A DNA stretch of 64,000 nt from Akkermansia muciniphila (GTDB lineage: Bacteria; Verrucomicrobiota; Verrucomicrobiia; Limisphaerales; SIAT01): NCBI GenBank assembly GCA_945860945.1, contig CAMASG010000003.1, positions 624-64,623 on the forward strand, read 5' to 3'. The notes under the pieces are model-generated. The model did no database searches. It was not told where the DNA came from and saw only the letters and a program-made list of their open reading frames with translations. The position numbers and the translations under genes were made by a program. Of this stretch, positions 10,209 to 19,040 are shown in pieces (within the stretch, counting starts at the first letter, position 1; each line of letters begins with the position of its first letter).

Positions 10209-11639
10209 ATGAGCCTCCCACACATCCCCGTCCTGCGGCTTGGCCGCAGCTACGAAAGCCTCGACAAGGTCAACATCGCCAACTGTCGCAACGGCGAGAT
10301 CATCGCGCAGGTCAGCACCGTCAACGCTGGCATCCTGCGAAAGGATTTGCAGAAGGTCGCCGGCGCGCGCGCCTCGTTGAAGAAGTTCACCGTCGCGCAG
10401 TTGCTCGAGATCACCTCGAAGGCCGCCGATCTTTTCCTCACCGCCACGCTGCCGCTCGGCGACAAGGGCCACACGCAGTCGCCCGATGATTTCGTCAAGA
10501 CGCTCTCCAGCACCAGCGGTTTGCCGCACGTGATGGTGCGCCGCAACATGACGCGCATCCACGCCGCGATGAGCAATATGAAGACCGTGCTCAACGGCCT
10601 TACGCGCGGCATGGACCTCTCCATCCTCGACCGTGGCTTCGGCCAGACCGGCGGCACGGCGGTGAGCTTCTATCCCAACACGCAGGCGCTCGGTCTCGTG
10701 ATGCCGAGCAACTCGCCCGCAGTAAACTCGCTCTGGCTCCCCTCCATCGCGCTCAAGACACCGGTCATTCTCAAGCCCGGCCGCGAAGAACCGTGGACGC
10801 CGTATCGCCTCATGCAGGCCTTCATCGCTGCTGGCTGTCCGGCTGAGGCGTTTGGTTTTTATCCGACCGACCACGAGGGCGCGGGCGAGATTTTGAGAAG
10901 CTGCGGCCGCGCGCTTATCTTCGGCGATAAAGCCACCACCGCGCAGTACGCCAACAATCCCAGCATCAACGTCCACGGTCCCGGCTACAGCAAAGTGCTC
11001 ATCGGCGAAGACGAGATTGAGCGCTGGCCGGAGTTCATCGACCTCATCGCCGAATCCATTTCGGCGAACGGCGGCCGCAGTTGCCTCTGCGCTTCCGCTG
11101 TCGTCGTGCCGAAGTATGGCGCGGAGATCGCCGACGCGCTCGCGAAGAAAATCGGCCCGTACGCGCCGACTGCGCCGGATGACGAGACCGCCGTTCTCTC
11201 CGGCTTTGCCAACGCGAAGATGGCCGATTACATCGACGGCGCGATTGATGCCGATTTGAAAATGCCCGGCGCCACAGAAGCCACGGCCAAGTATCGTAAC
11301 GGCCCTCGCAAGACTGTGGTGGACGGCGGCATTTATCTGCGGCCGACCATCGTGCAGTGCGAGTCGTTCGCGCACCCGCTCGCGAACCGCGAGTTCCTTT
11401 TCGCGTACGCGAGCGTCGTCGAATGTCCGCAGTCCGAGATGCTCGGCAAGATCGGCTACTCGCTCGTCACCACCGCCATCACGAAGGACGAGGCGTGGAT
11501 TTCGCAACTCCTCGAGTGCCGGCATATCGACCGCCTCAACGTCGGCCCGATTTCCACGATGAAGATTTCGTGGGATCAGCCGCACGAAGGAAACATGTTC
11601 GAGTTCCTTTACAAACGGCGTTCATTCGAGCGTGCGTGA
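10209..11639 (+). CDS. aldehyde-dehydrogenase-fold enzyme, probably thioester reductase / acylating type
   Basis: 476 aa with ALDH-like architecture. A Cys-motif-like GGRSCLCA (C292) sits where G-(Q/E)-x-C-x-(A/C) is expected. The ELGGK-motif position reads VHGPGYSK (H256), so the general-base Glu is missing. This alignment was done by eye. Confidence 0.7.
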   Translation: MSLPHIPVLRLGRSYESLDKVNIANCRNGEIIAQVSTVNAGILRKDLQKVAGARASLKKFTVAQLLEITSKAADLFLTATLPLGDKGHTQSPDDFVKTLSSTSGLPHVMVRRNMTRIHAAMSNMKTVLNGLTRGMDLSILDRGFGQTGGTAVSFYPNTQALGLVMPSNSPAVNSLWLPSIALKTPVILKPGREEPWTPYRLMQAFIAAGCPAEAFGFYPTDHEGAGEILRSCGRALIFGDKATTAQYANNPSINVHGPGYSKVLIGEDEIERWPEFIDLIAESISANGGRSCLCASAVVVPKYGAEIADALAKKIGPYAPTAPDDETAVLSGFANAKMADYIDGAIDADLKMPGATEATAKYRNGPRKTVVDGGIYLRPTIVQCESFAHPLANREFLFAYASVVECPQSEMLGKIGYSLVTTAITKDEAWISQLLECRHIDRLNVGPISTMKISWDQPHEGNMFEFLYKRRSFERA

Positions 11640-11702
11640 TGGGGCAAGTGGGATTGAAACTAAAGTTGCCACTGCGCGTCTGAATCCGAATCGCAGACGC
11701 GA

Positions 11703-12857
11703 ATGAATTTGAATTCCTCACCCGCTGAACTGAGCAAGCGCACCGAGTTCGATGTCGAACTCCACCTCCGCCTCATCTTCGGCGCGGGAAGTATCGGTCG
11801 CGTGGGACAGATTGCGCGGGAAGTGGGCGGCAAACGCGCCTTGGTCGTCACCGATTCCGGCATCGTGAAAGCTGGTCACGCGGGCAAGGTCATCGGCCTG
11901 ATTGAAGCCGCGGGACTCGAAGCCGTCTGCTTCGATCGCGTCCGCGAAAATCCCGACACCACCGTCGTGGACGAATGCGTCGCCGCCGCGCGCGCCGCGA
12001 AAGCGGATCTCCTCATCGGCCTCGGCGGCGGCAGTTCGATGGACACCGCGAAGGGTTGCAATTTCATCCTCACCAACGGCGGCCGGATGCACGACTACTG
12101 GGGCGTCGGCAAAGCGACGAAGCCGATGCTGCCGCTCATCGCCATCCCCACCACTGCTGGCACCGGCAGCGAGTGCCAGTCATTCGCGCTCATCTCCGAT
12201 CCCATCACGCACCAGAAAATGGCCTGTGGCGACAAGAAGGCGATGGCGCGCGTGGCGATTCTCGATCCTGAATTGACCGTCTCGCAGCCACCACGCGTCA
12301 CGGCTTGCACCGGCATCGACGCCGTTGCGCACGCAGTGGAAACGGCAGTGACGAAGAAACGCAACGAGACTTCGCTCGCCTTTTCGCACGCGGCGTTCGC
12401 GTTACTTGCGGCGAACTTTGTCCGTGTTTTGGAAAACCCGCGAGACCTCGCCGCGCGCGGCGCGATGCTTCTCGGCGCGGCTTTCGCCGGGACCGCCATC
12501 GAGCACTCGATGCTTGGCGCAGCGCATTCGGCGGCGAACCCGCTCACCGCGCACTTCAGTATCATCCACGGCCAAGCTGTCGGCTTGATGCTGCCGCACG
12601 TCGTCCGCTTCAACGCCGTCGAACCTGAGACCGCGCGCGGCTACGAGGCGATTGCGGATTCGGCCGAGACGTTGGCGACGCAACTTGAAGCATTGTTGAA
12701 GCACGCCGGCCTCAATCGTTCGCTCACGGAACTCGGTGCGAATCGGGAGATGATTCTCGTGCTCGCCGAAGAAGCCTCGAAGCAGTGGACCGCGAGTTTC
12801 AATCCGCGCACGATTGCTGAGGCGGATTTCCGTGCGATGTACGCGGCTGCATTCTAG
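11703..12857 (+). CDS. iron-containing (group III) alcohol dehydrogenase
   Basis: 384 aa. It has GLGGGSSMDTAKG, the glycine-rich NAD motif of Fe-ADHs, and His-rich metal-site segments (GIDAVAHAVE, HSMLGAAHSAANPL...HG). Confidence 0.85.
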   Translation: MNLNSSPAELSKRTEFDVELHLRLIFGAGSIGRVGQIAREVGGKRALVVTDSGIVKAGHAGKVIGLIEAAGLEAVCFDRVRENPDTTVVDECVAAARAAKADLLIGLGGGSSMDTAKGCNFILTNGGRMHDYWGVGKATKPMLPLIAIPTTAGTGSECQSFALISDPITHQKMACGDKKAMARVAILDPELTVSQPPRVTACTGIDAVAHAVETAVTKKRNETSLAFSHAAFALLAANFVRVLENPRDLAARGAMLLGAAFAGTAIEHSMLGAAHSAANPLTAHFSIIHGQAVGLMLPHVVRFNAVEPETARGYEAIADSAETLATQLEALLKHAGLNRSLTELGANREMILVLAEEASKQWTASFNPRTIAEADFRAMYAAAF

Positions 12858-12893
12858 CAAAAAGAAAACCGCCGCCCGTTGCCGAGCGGCGGT
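12858..12893 (-). terminator. hairpin terminator shared by convergent genes (T-tract on the minus strand)
   Basis: A perfect 8-bp stem ACCGCCGC / GCGGCGGT (12868-12875 and 12886-12893) is present. The minus-strand reading is followed by TTTCTTTTTG. It lies between the Fe-ADH stop and the EF-hand gene stop. Confidence 0.5.
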
Positions 12894-12918
12894 CTGCAGA
12901 ATTCAATCTGAAGAGGGA

Positions 12919-13188
12919 TTACTTCTTGTCCTTCTTCTTGCCGGGTCCGAAACCGGGGAGCTTGGCGTCAGCGGCCTTCTTCTTGTCATCGTCGCTGATC
13001 TTGGCGCGCTCATCCTTGTCGAGCTTGCCGTCCTTGTTGGTGTCGTACTTCTCGGTGATTTCCTTCAAGGTCGTCTTCTGAGCCTCGGTGAGTTCGACCT
13101 TCTTCTTTTCCACCTTCTTCTCGTCGGCGGCGTTCACGGTCACGGCCACGGCGCACAGGGCGGCGGCAATCCACAGGGTGTTCTTCAT
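12919..13188 (-). CDS. small secreted lysine-rich protein with one canonical EF-hand loop
   Basis: ORF 12919..13230; the likely start is ATG 13188 (MKNTLWIAAALCAVAVTVNA, a signal peptide). DTNKDGKLDKDE fits the 12-residue EF-hand loop (D1, N3, D5, G6, L8, E12). Confidence 0.6.
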   Translation of the reverse strand: MKNTLWIAAALCAVAVTVNAADEKKVEKKKVELTEAQKTTLKEITEKYDTNKDGKLDKDERAKISDDDKKKAADAKLPGFGPGKKKDKK

Positions 13189-13343
13189 AGCAGGGGTTTT
13201 GTGTTGTTTGTGTTGTTTGGCGTATGCCAACTAAGCATACGATGGGACTAGACGGGCGAGATTGAAGCAAGGTTACAGCCACTTGGCAATGCCCGAGTCG
13301 TTCGCAGGCTTGCGGCGGGGAATGCTTTGGGATACCCAGAAGC

Positions 13344-14198
13344 GTGGTCACGAATGAATTCGCCGATGCCGCCCTCGTGCTCGTGGGCCACGGCTCGACG
13401 CTCAACGCCGAGTCTGCTGCGCCGACGTATCAGCACGCGGACGAGCTCCGCCAGCGCGGGACCTTCGCGCAAGTCGTCGAGACCTTTTGGAAGCAGGAGC
13501 CGTATCTCCCTGGCGTACTGCGCGGCGTGTTCGCCCCGCGCGTTTTCGTCGTGCCACTCTTCATCAGCGAGGGCTACTTCACCGAGGAGGTCATCCCGCG
13601 CGAACTGGGCTTCTGCGGCAAAGGTGAGAAGGAGTTTGCGAAGGTGCAACAGCGCGGCGCACAAACGCTTCATTACTGCGGGCCGATCGGCACGCACGAT
13701 TCGATGACCGACGTCCTGCTCGCCCGCGCCCGCGAAGTGGTGGAGAAGCACCCCTTCCCGTCCACGCCGAAACCAGCCGACACTGCCCTGTTCATCGCCG
13801 GCCACGGCACGGGGTTAAACGAGCGTTCCCGCGAAGCTATCGAGCGGCAGGTGGAGTTGATCCGCGCCAAGAATCTCTACGCCGAAGTTCACGCCGCATT
13901 CATGGAAGAGGAGCCGCGTATCGCCGCCTGCTGGCAAATGGCGCAGGCCAAGAACCTCGTGATGGTTCCGTTCTTCGTCAGCGACGGCCTGCACAGTTAC
14001 GAGGATATTCCCGTGATGCTCGGCGAACCGGAACCCGTGGTGCGCGAGCGCCTCGCGGCCGGCCAGCCGACATGGGGTAATCCGACCGAGCGCGAAGGGA
14101 AGCGCCTCTGGTATTCCGCCAGCATCGGCAACGAGCCGAAGATCGCGGACGTCATTCTCCAGCGCGTCCGTGAGGTGGCGATTCGAGCGCGGACGTAG
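13344..14198 (+). CDS. cbiX: sirohydrochlorin chelatase, long two-domain CbiX type
   Basis: 284 aa with two repeated halves, each carrying the (L/F)(V/I)xGHG(S/T) motif (LVLVGHGST, LFIAGHGTG) and acidic/His segments (PLFISEGYF, PFFVSDGLHSYEDIP). Confidence 0.7.
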   Translation: MVTNEFADAALVLVGHGSTLNAESAAPTYQHADELRQRGTFAQVVETFWKQEPYLPGVLRGVFAPRVFVVPLFISEGYFTEEVIPRELGFCGKGEKEFAKVQQRGAQTLHYCGPIGTHDSMTDVLLARAREVVEKHPFPSTPKPADTALFIAGHGTGLNERSREAIERQVELIRAKNLYAEVHAAFMEEEPRIAACWQMAQAKNLVMVPFFVSDGLHSYEDIPVMLGEPEPVVRERLAAGQPTWGNPTEREGKRLWYSASIGNEPKIADVILQRVREVAIRART

Positions 14199-14245
14199 TC
14201 CCCTCGCTTCTTGCCCCTCGGCCTCCGGCTGCTTACAGTCCCGCC

Positions 14246-15127
14246 GTGCAGTTTGAGAAAATCACCTTGGTCGGCGTCGGCCTGCTCGGTGGCTCGCTCG
14301 GTCTGGCCGTCCGCCAGCGCCGACTCGCCGGCCGCGTGGAAGGCTACGTCCGTCGCGCTGCCAGCGTGATCGAGTGCGAGAAAATCGGTGTGGTGGACCG
14401 CGCCACGGACGACCTCGCTGCTGCTGTCAAAGATGCCGACCTCGTGGTGCTCTGCACGCCGCTCGCGCAGATGCGCCGGTTGACTGAGCAATTTCTCCCG
14501 TCGCTCAAACGCGGCGCGATTGTTACGGACGTCGGCAGCGTGAAAGCTTCCGTCGTTGCTGAACTGGAATCGCTCGTCGCCTCCGCCGGCGCGCATTTTG
14601 TCGGTGGTCATCCGATGGCCGGTGCGGAGAAGGTCGGTTCCTCCGCCGCTCGTGCGGATCTTTTCGAAGACGCCGTTTGTGTCATCACGCCCACGGCGAA
14701 GTCGTCATCCGAAGCGGTTCGCCGCGTGGAAGAATTCTGGAAGTCGCTCGGCGCGCGTCCGCTGCGGCTCGCGCCCGAAGCGCACGATGATCTCGTCGCC
14801 CGCTCCAGCCACCTGCCGCACGTCGTCGCGGCTGAACTTGCGAACTATATTCTCAGTCCCGTGCATCCGAAGGAACAGGCGCAGCTCTGCGCCGGCGGTT
14901 TCCGCGATAGCACCCGCATCGCCTCGGGTTCGCCCGAGATGTGGCGCGACATCGCGCTCGCCAACCGCGTGAATCTCGACCGCGTGCTCGGTGTTTTCAT
15001 CGAGGATTTGCAGGAGTTCCAGCACGCGCTCGAGCATGGCGACGCGAAGGCGGTGGAAGAGTTTTTCGTGAAGGCCAAGCAGCGTCGAGACGCCTGGCGC
15101 GCGCCGAATTCTCACCCCGCCGAGTGA
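14246..15127 (+). CDS. tyrA: prephenate/arogenate dehydrogenase
   Basis: 293 aa with a GTG start. It has a Rossmann motif LVGVGLLGGSLGLA, then DVGSVK and FVGGHPMAG, which are typical of TyrA. It sits directly upstream of aroA. Confidence 0.85.
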   Translation: MQFEKITLVGVGLLGGSLGLAVRQRRLAGRVEGYVRRAASVIECEKIGVVDRATDDLAAAVKDADLVVLCTPLAQMRRLTEQFLPSLKRGAIVTDVGSVKASVVAELESLVASAGAHFVGGHPMAGAEKVGSSAARADLFEDAVCVITPTAKSSSEAVRRVEEFWKSLGARPLRLAPEAHDDLVARSSHLPHVVAAELANYILSPVHPKEQAQLCAGGFRDSTRIASGSPEMWRDIALANRVNLDRVLGVFIEDLQEFQHALEHGDAKAVEEFFVKAKQRRDAWRAPNSHPAE

Positions 15128-15130
15128 GCC

Positions 15131-16393
15131 ATGCCGCTGCCTGACCTCATCGAGATCATCCCGCTCGTGCAGTCGGTCCGCGCGGAGATCACCGTGCCCG
15201 GCTCGAAAAGCATCACCAATCGCGCCCTCATCCTCGCCGCGTTGTCGAATGGCGAGACCGTTCTGCGTGGCGCATTGTGGAGCGAAGACACGCAGGTGAT
15301 GACTGAGTGTCTGCGCGAGTTGGGCTTCCTCGTGAACGTGGCGGATGATTCTGATGAGCCGTGCAACCGCACCATCACAGTGTGCGGTCACGCCGGTAAA
15401 ATTCCGCGCGGAGGCACTGCGGAACAGCCGCTGGAATTGTTCGTCGGGAACGCCGGCACGGCGGCGCGCTTTCTCGCCGCGTTCCTCTGTCTCGGTGAAG
15501 GCGTGTATCGATTGCACGGTGTGCCACGGATGCATGAGCGTCCGCAGGCCGCACTCTTCACCGCGCTGCGCCAGCTCGGTTACCGGATTGATTCTGAGAA
15601 CGACAAGCTCCCCGCGCTCATCTGCGGCGGTGGACCCCGCGCCAGTTCCTGCCGCGTGAGCGTGGCGGAAAGCTCGCAGTTCGCTTCGGCCTTGTTGCTC
15701 GGCGCGCGCGTTGGCGGATGGACAGTGGAAGTGGAAGGCGCGAACGCGGACGAGTTGCCGTACGTGGAGATGACACGTGCCTTGGTGAAAGTGTTTCCGG
15801 CAAGCGGCGGAGAATTTCAAATCGAGCCGGACGCCTCGGGCGGCAGCTATTTCTGGGCGGCAACAATGTTCGCCCACGACGTGCGCGTGGCGCACTGGCC
15901 CGACTCTGGTTGGCAGATTGATGCCGAGTTCGCGAAATTCCAGCCGTTGCCCGAATCGATTTCCCGCCAGCGCGACTTGGGCGACAGCATCATGACGGCC
16001 ATTGTCCTCGGGCCGTTCGCCGAACGCCCCACTTGTTTCACCGCGCTCGGCCGGTTGCGAGTGCAGGAGTGCGAACGCGTCGCCGCGCTGCGCACCGAAC
16101 TGACCAAGTGCGGCGCGAAGGTTGTCGAGGAAGGTGACACGTTGACAGTGCATCCGTCGCCGCTCCACGGCGCGGAGATCGAGACCTACAACGATCACCG
16201 CATGGCGATGTGCTTCGCTGTTCTCGGGCTGAAGGTGCCCGGCATTCGCATCCGCAATCCAGCCTGCGTGAAGAAGACTTTCCCGAACTTTTTCCAGAAG
16301 TTCGCCGCGCCCACGCCGCACGGTTTGGGCGCAACGATTCTCGACGCACGTACACGTCAGTCGCTCAGTGGCGACGCGCTCTTCGCCGATTAA
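15131..16393 (+). CDS. aroA: 3-phosphoshikimate 1-carboxyvinyltransferase (EPSP synthase)
   Basis: 420 aa with PGSKSITNRALILAAL, LFVGNAGTAARFL and DHRMAMCFAVLG. Confidence 0.92.
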   Translation: MPLPDLIEIIPLVQSVRAEITVPGSKSITNRALILAALSNGETVLRGALWSEDTQVMTECLRELGFLVNVADDSDEPCNRTITVCGHAGKIPRGGTAEQPLELFVGNAGTAARFLAAFLCLGEGVYRLHGVPRMHERPQAALFTALRQLGYRIDSENDKLPALICGGGPRASSCRVSVAESSQFASALLLGARVGGWTVEVEGANADELPYVEMTRALVKVFPASGGEFQIEPDASGGSYFWAATMFAHDVRVAHWPDSGWQIDAEFAKFQPLPESISRQRDLGDSIMTAIVLGPFAERPTCFTALGRLRVQECERVAALRTELTKCGAKVVEEGDTLTVHPSPLHGAEIETYNDHRMAMCFAVLGLKVPGIRIRNPACVKKTFPNFFQKFAAPTPHGLGATILDARTRQSLSGDALFAD

Positions 16394-16409
16394 CTTGAAA
16401 CCCGAAACA

Positions 16410-17060
16410 GTGAACACGCCCATCGTTATCGCCATTGACGGTCCGAGTGCCAGCGGCAAGAGCACGAATTCTCGGCTCATCGCCAAGGGACTCGGCTACG
16501 CTTACGTAGATACCGGTGCGATGTTTCGCGCATTCGCGTGGTTCTGTTTGAAGCGCAGTGTGAACGTGCACGACTCGACTGCGGTGGCCGCCGAGTTGCG
16601 CGATTGGAACGCCACGCTCGAGTGTGTGGATGGCCAAGTGCGTTTGCTTGTGGACGGCTATTTTCCGGAGAAGGAAATCCGTACCGCGGAAACAAGCGCG
16701 GCCGTTTCACCCATCGCCGCGGTGCTCGAGGTGCGCATGTGGATGAAGGAGGCGCAGCGTTCGTGCGTGAAGTTCGGCAACCTCGTCATGGAAGGGCGCG
16801 ACATCGGCACTCACATTTTTCCTGAGACGCCGCTCAAGTTCTATCTCGACGCTTCTGCCGAGGAGCGCAGTCGCCGCCGTGAAGCGGAGGGAGTGAAGGA
16901 CGACCTCGCCGCGCGCGATCAACGGGACAGCACTCGCGCCACCGCGCCGTTGAAAATCGCGGCGGATGCCATCGTCATCAACAACGCTGGCGAAACGCCA
17001 CAGCAAACGAGCGAGCGGATGTTGACGGAGATTCGGCGTTTGATGGCGGAGCGGAAGTGA
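16410..17060 (+). CDS. cmk: cytidylate kinase
   Basis: ORF 16368..17060. Alternative in-frame starts are GTG 16368 (26-nt overlap with aroA), TTG 16395 and GTG 16410. It has the P-loop IAIDGPSASGKST and YVDTGAMFRA. Confidence 0.85.
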   Translation: MNTPIVIAIDGPSASGKSTNSRLIAKGLGYAYVDTGAMFRAFAWFCLKRSVNVHDSTAVAAELRDWNATLECVDGQVRLLVDGYFPEKEIRTAETSAAVSPIAAVLEVRMWMKEAQRSCVKFGNLVMEGRDIGTHIFPETPLKFYLDASAEERSRRREAEGVKDDLAARDQRDSTRATAPLKIAADAIVINNAGETPQQTSERMLTEIRRLMAERK

Positions 17061-17061
17061 A

Positions 17062-18168
17062 TCAACCGGCGATGCCGACGGCGTCGCGCAGGTTTTTCAA
17101 ACCGCGTTCGGCGAGTTTCTGCTGAAGACCGGCGACGATGTTCTTCGTGATGGCCGGTCCTTCGTACACGAGGCCGGTATAAACCTGCACCAAGCTTGCG
17201 CCAGCGGTGATTTTCTCCCACGCATGGTCGGCGTTGAAAATGCCGCCCACACCGATGATGGGCAAAGCGCCTTTGGCCTGCCGATAAATATGACGGATGA
17301 CCTCGGTGCTGCGGGCGCGGAGCGGAGCGCCGGAGAGGCCGCCGGTCTCGGTGTAAATGCGTCGGCAGGATTCGCTGGTCGCTTCGGGTCGAGCGATGGT
17401 GGTGTTGGTGGCGACGATGCCGGCGAGTTGGCGCGGGCCGACGAGTTCGAGAATCTCATCGAGCGCTTCGAAGGAAAGGTCCGGTGCGACTTTTACCAAG
17501 ATTGGTTTTGGCGCGCCGACTCCGTTCACATTGATTTGCTGAAGAGCGCAAAGAATTTCGTCCAGCGCGGATTTGTCCTGTAGTTGGCGGAGATTCGGAG
17601 TGTTGGGCGAGGAGACGTTGACAACGAAGAAATCGGCCAGTGAGCGAAGGGCGCGGAAGGAGTTGGCGTAGTCCTCCTCGGCGGCTTTTTCGAGCGACGT
17701 GATTTTCGATTTACCGAGATTGATGCCGACGGGGTGCGTTGGCCAGCGATCGGTGCGCTTCCATTCAGCCAATCGCGCGGCCATTGCTTCGGCACCGATG
17801 TTGTTAAAGCCCATGCGGTTTACCAGTGCGCCATCGGCTACGGCGCGGAACATGCGCGGCGCATCGTTGCCAAGCTGTGCATGCTGAGTGACTCCGCCCA
17901 ATTCGCTGAAGCCGAAACCGAGCGACTTCCACATCGGCACGGCTGCAGCGTGTTTGTCCATTCCAGCGGCGAGTCCGACGGGATTTGGAAAGCGCAGGCC
18001 GAAAAGTTCCACAGGCAGTTCCGGCGCGGCGTAAAAATCGGCGGTGATCCGGCGCAGTGCGTCGTGGTGACTGGCGTAGCCGAGCGCGGCGAGGGTGCTG
18101 TTGTGGATGCGCTCGGAATCCTGCGTGAAGAGGACGGGGCGGATGACGCGGCGGTAGAACCAACTCAC
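17062..18168 (-). CDS. pyrD: dihydroorotate dehydrogenase (quinone), class 2
   Basis: ORF 17062..18396. The first 76 codons translate AT-rich intergenic DNA, so the GTG at 18168 (VSWFYRRVIRPVLF...) is the likely start. It has GLAAGMDKHA, NVSSPNTPNLRQLQ and IIGVGGI. Confidence 0.85.
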   Translation of the reverse strand: MSWFYRRVIRPVLFTQDSERIHNSTLAALGYASHHDALRRITADFYAAPELPVELFGLRFPNPVGLAAGMDKHAAAVPMWKSLGFGFSELGGVTQHAQLGNDAPRMFRAVADGALVNRMGFNNIGAEAMAARLAEWKRTDRWPTHPVGINLGKSKITSLEKAAEEDYANSFRALRSLADFFVVNVSSPNTPNLRQLQDKSALDEILCALQQINVNGVGAPKPILVKVAPDLSFEALDEILELVGPRQLAGIVATNTTIARPEATSESCRRIYTETGGLSGAPLRARSTEVIRHIYRQAKGALPIIGVGGIFNADHAWEKITAGASLVQVYTGLVYEGPAITKNIVAGLQQKLAERGLKNLRDAVGIAG

Positions 18169-18211
18169 GCGTTTTACTTTCGGGAACTCACCTGCAGGTG
18201 TCGAGCGTTGA

Positions 18212-18661
<450 letters not shown>

Positions 18662-18702
18662 CGGACGGGGTGCTGCCGATCTTTTCAAGCTCAGAAGTGG
18701 AC

Positions 18703-18711
18703 TGTGAATAA
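18703..18711. promoter_or_regulatory. DnaA-box-like 9-mer upstream of dnaA
   Basis: TGTGAATAA is the reverse complement of TTATTCACA, which fits TTATNCACA. It is the only full-consensus match I found in the 360-bp AT-richer spacer. Confidence 0.35.
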
Positions 18712-19040
18712 GTCCTGAATAAGTGTTAACATATTCTACTCGTCGCAAGGGCGTCGGGGCAATAAACAGACAGCGCGAAAGTCTTCCGACGTTTCAAAGA
18801 AAACGCGGCGAACGTGTCGCTGGCCGCAGGGGCGGGAAATTAATTATTTTCAACCATCTGGTTTTCAGTTGGTTGCGGTTGTTGAAATGAAGCGCCGTTT
18901 TGTCGGGCGGTTTTGAATAGGAATCGTTTCGCGGCGGTAGCTCGCAGGTTGTTGATCCAGTCTGCGACGGGTTGTGAGTCACTGGAACGTGACGGCCCGC
19001 AAGTGAACAAGTTAAAGAGCCTTTGGGAGCTGTTGTGAAA

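Noticed and set aside
13189-13343. Possible cobalamin riboswitch upstream of cbiX
   Set aside because: I could not find a B12-box-like core or the expected conserved helices by eye. The spacer is short and shared with a divergent gene. A covariance-model scan would be needed to exclude it formally.
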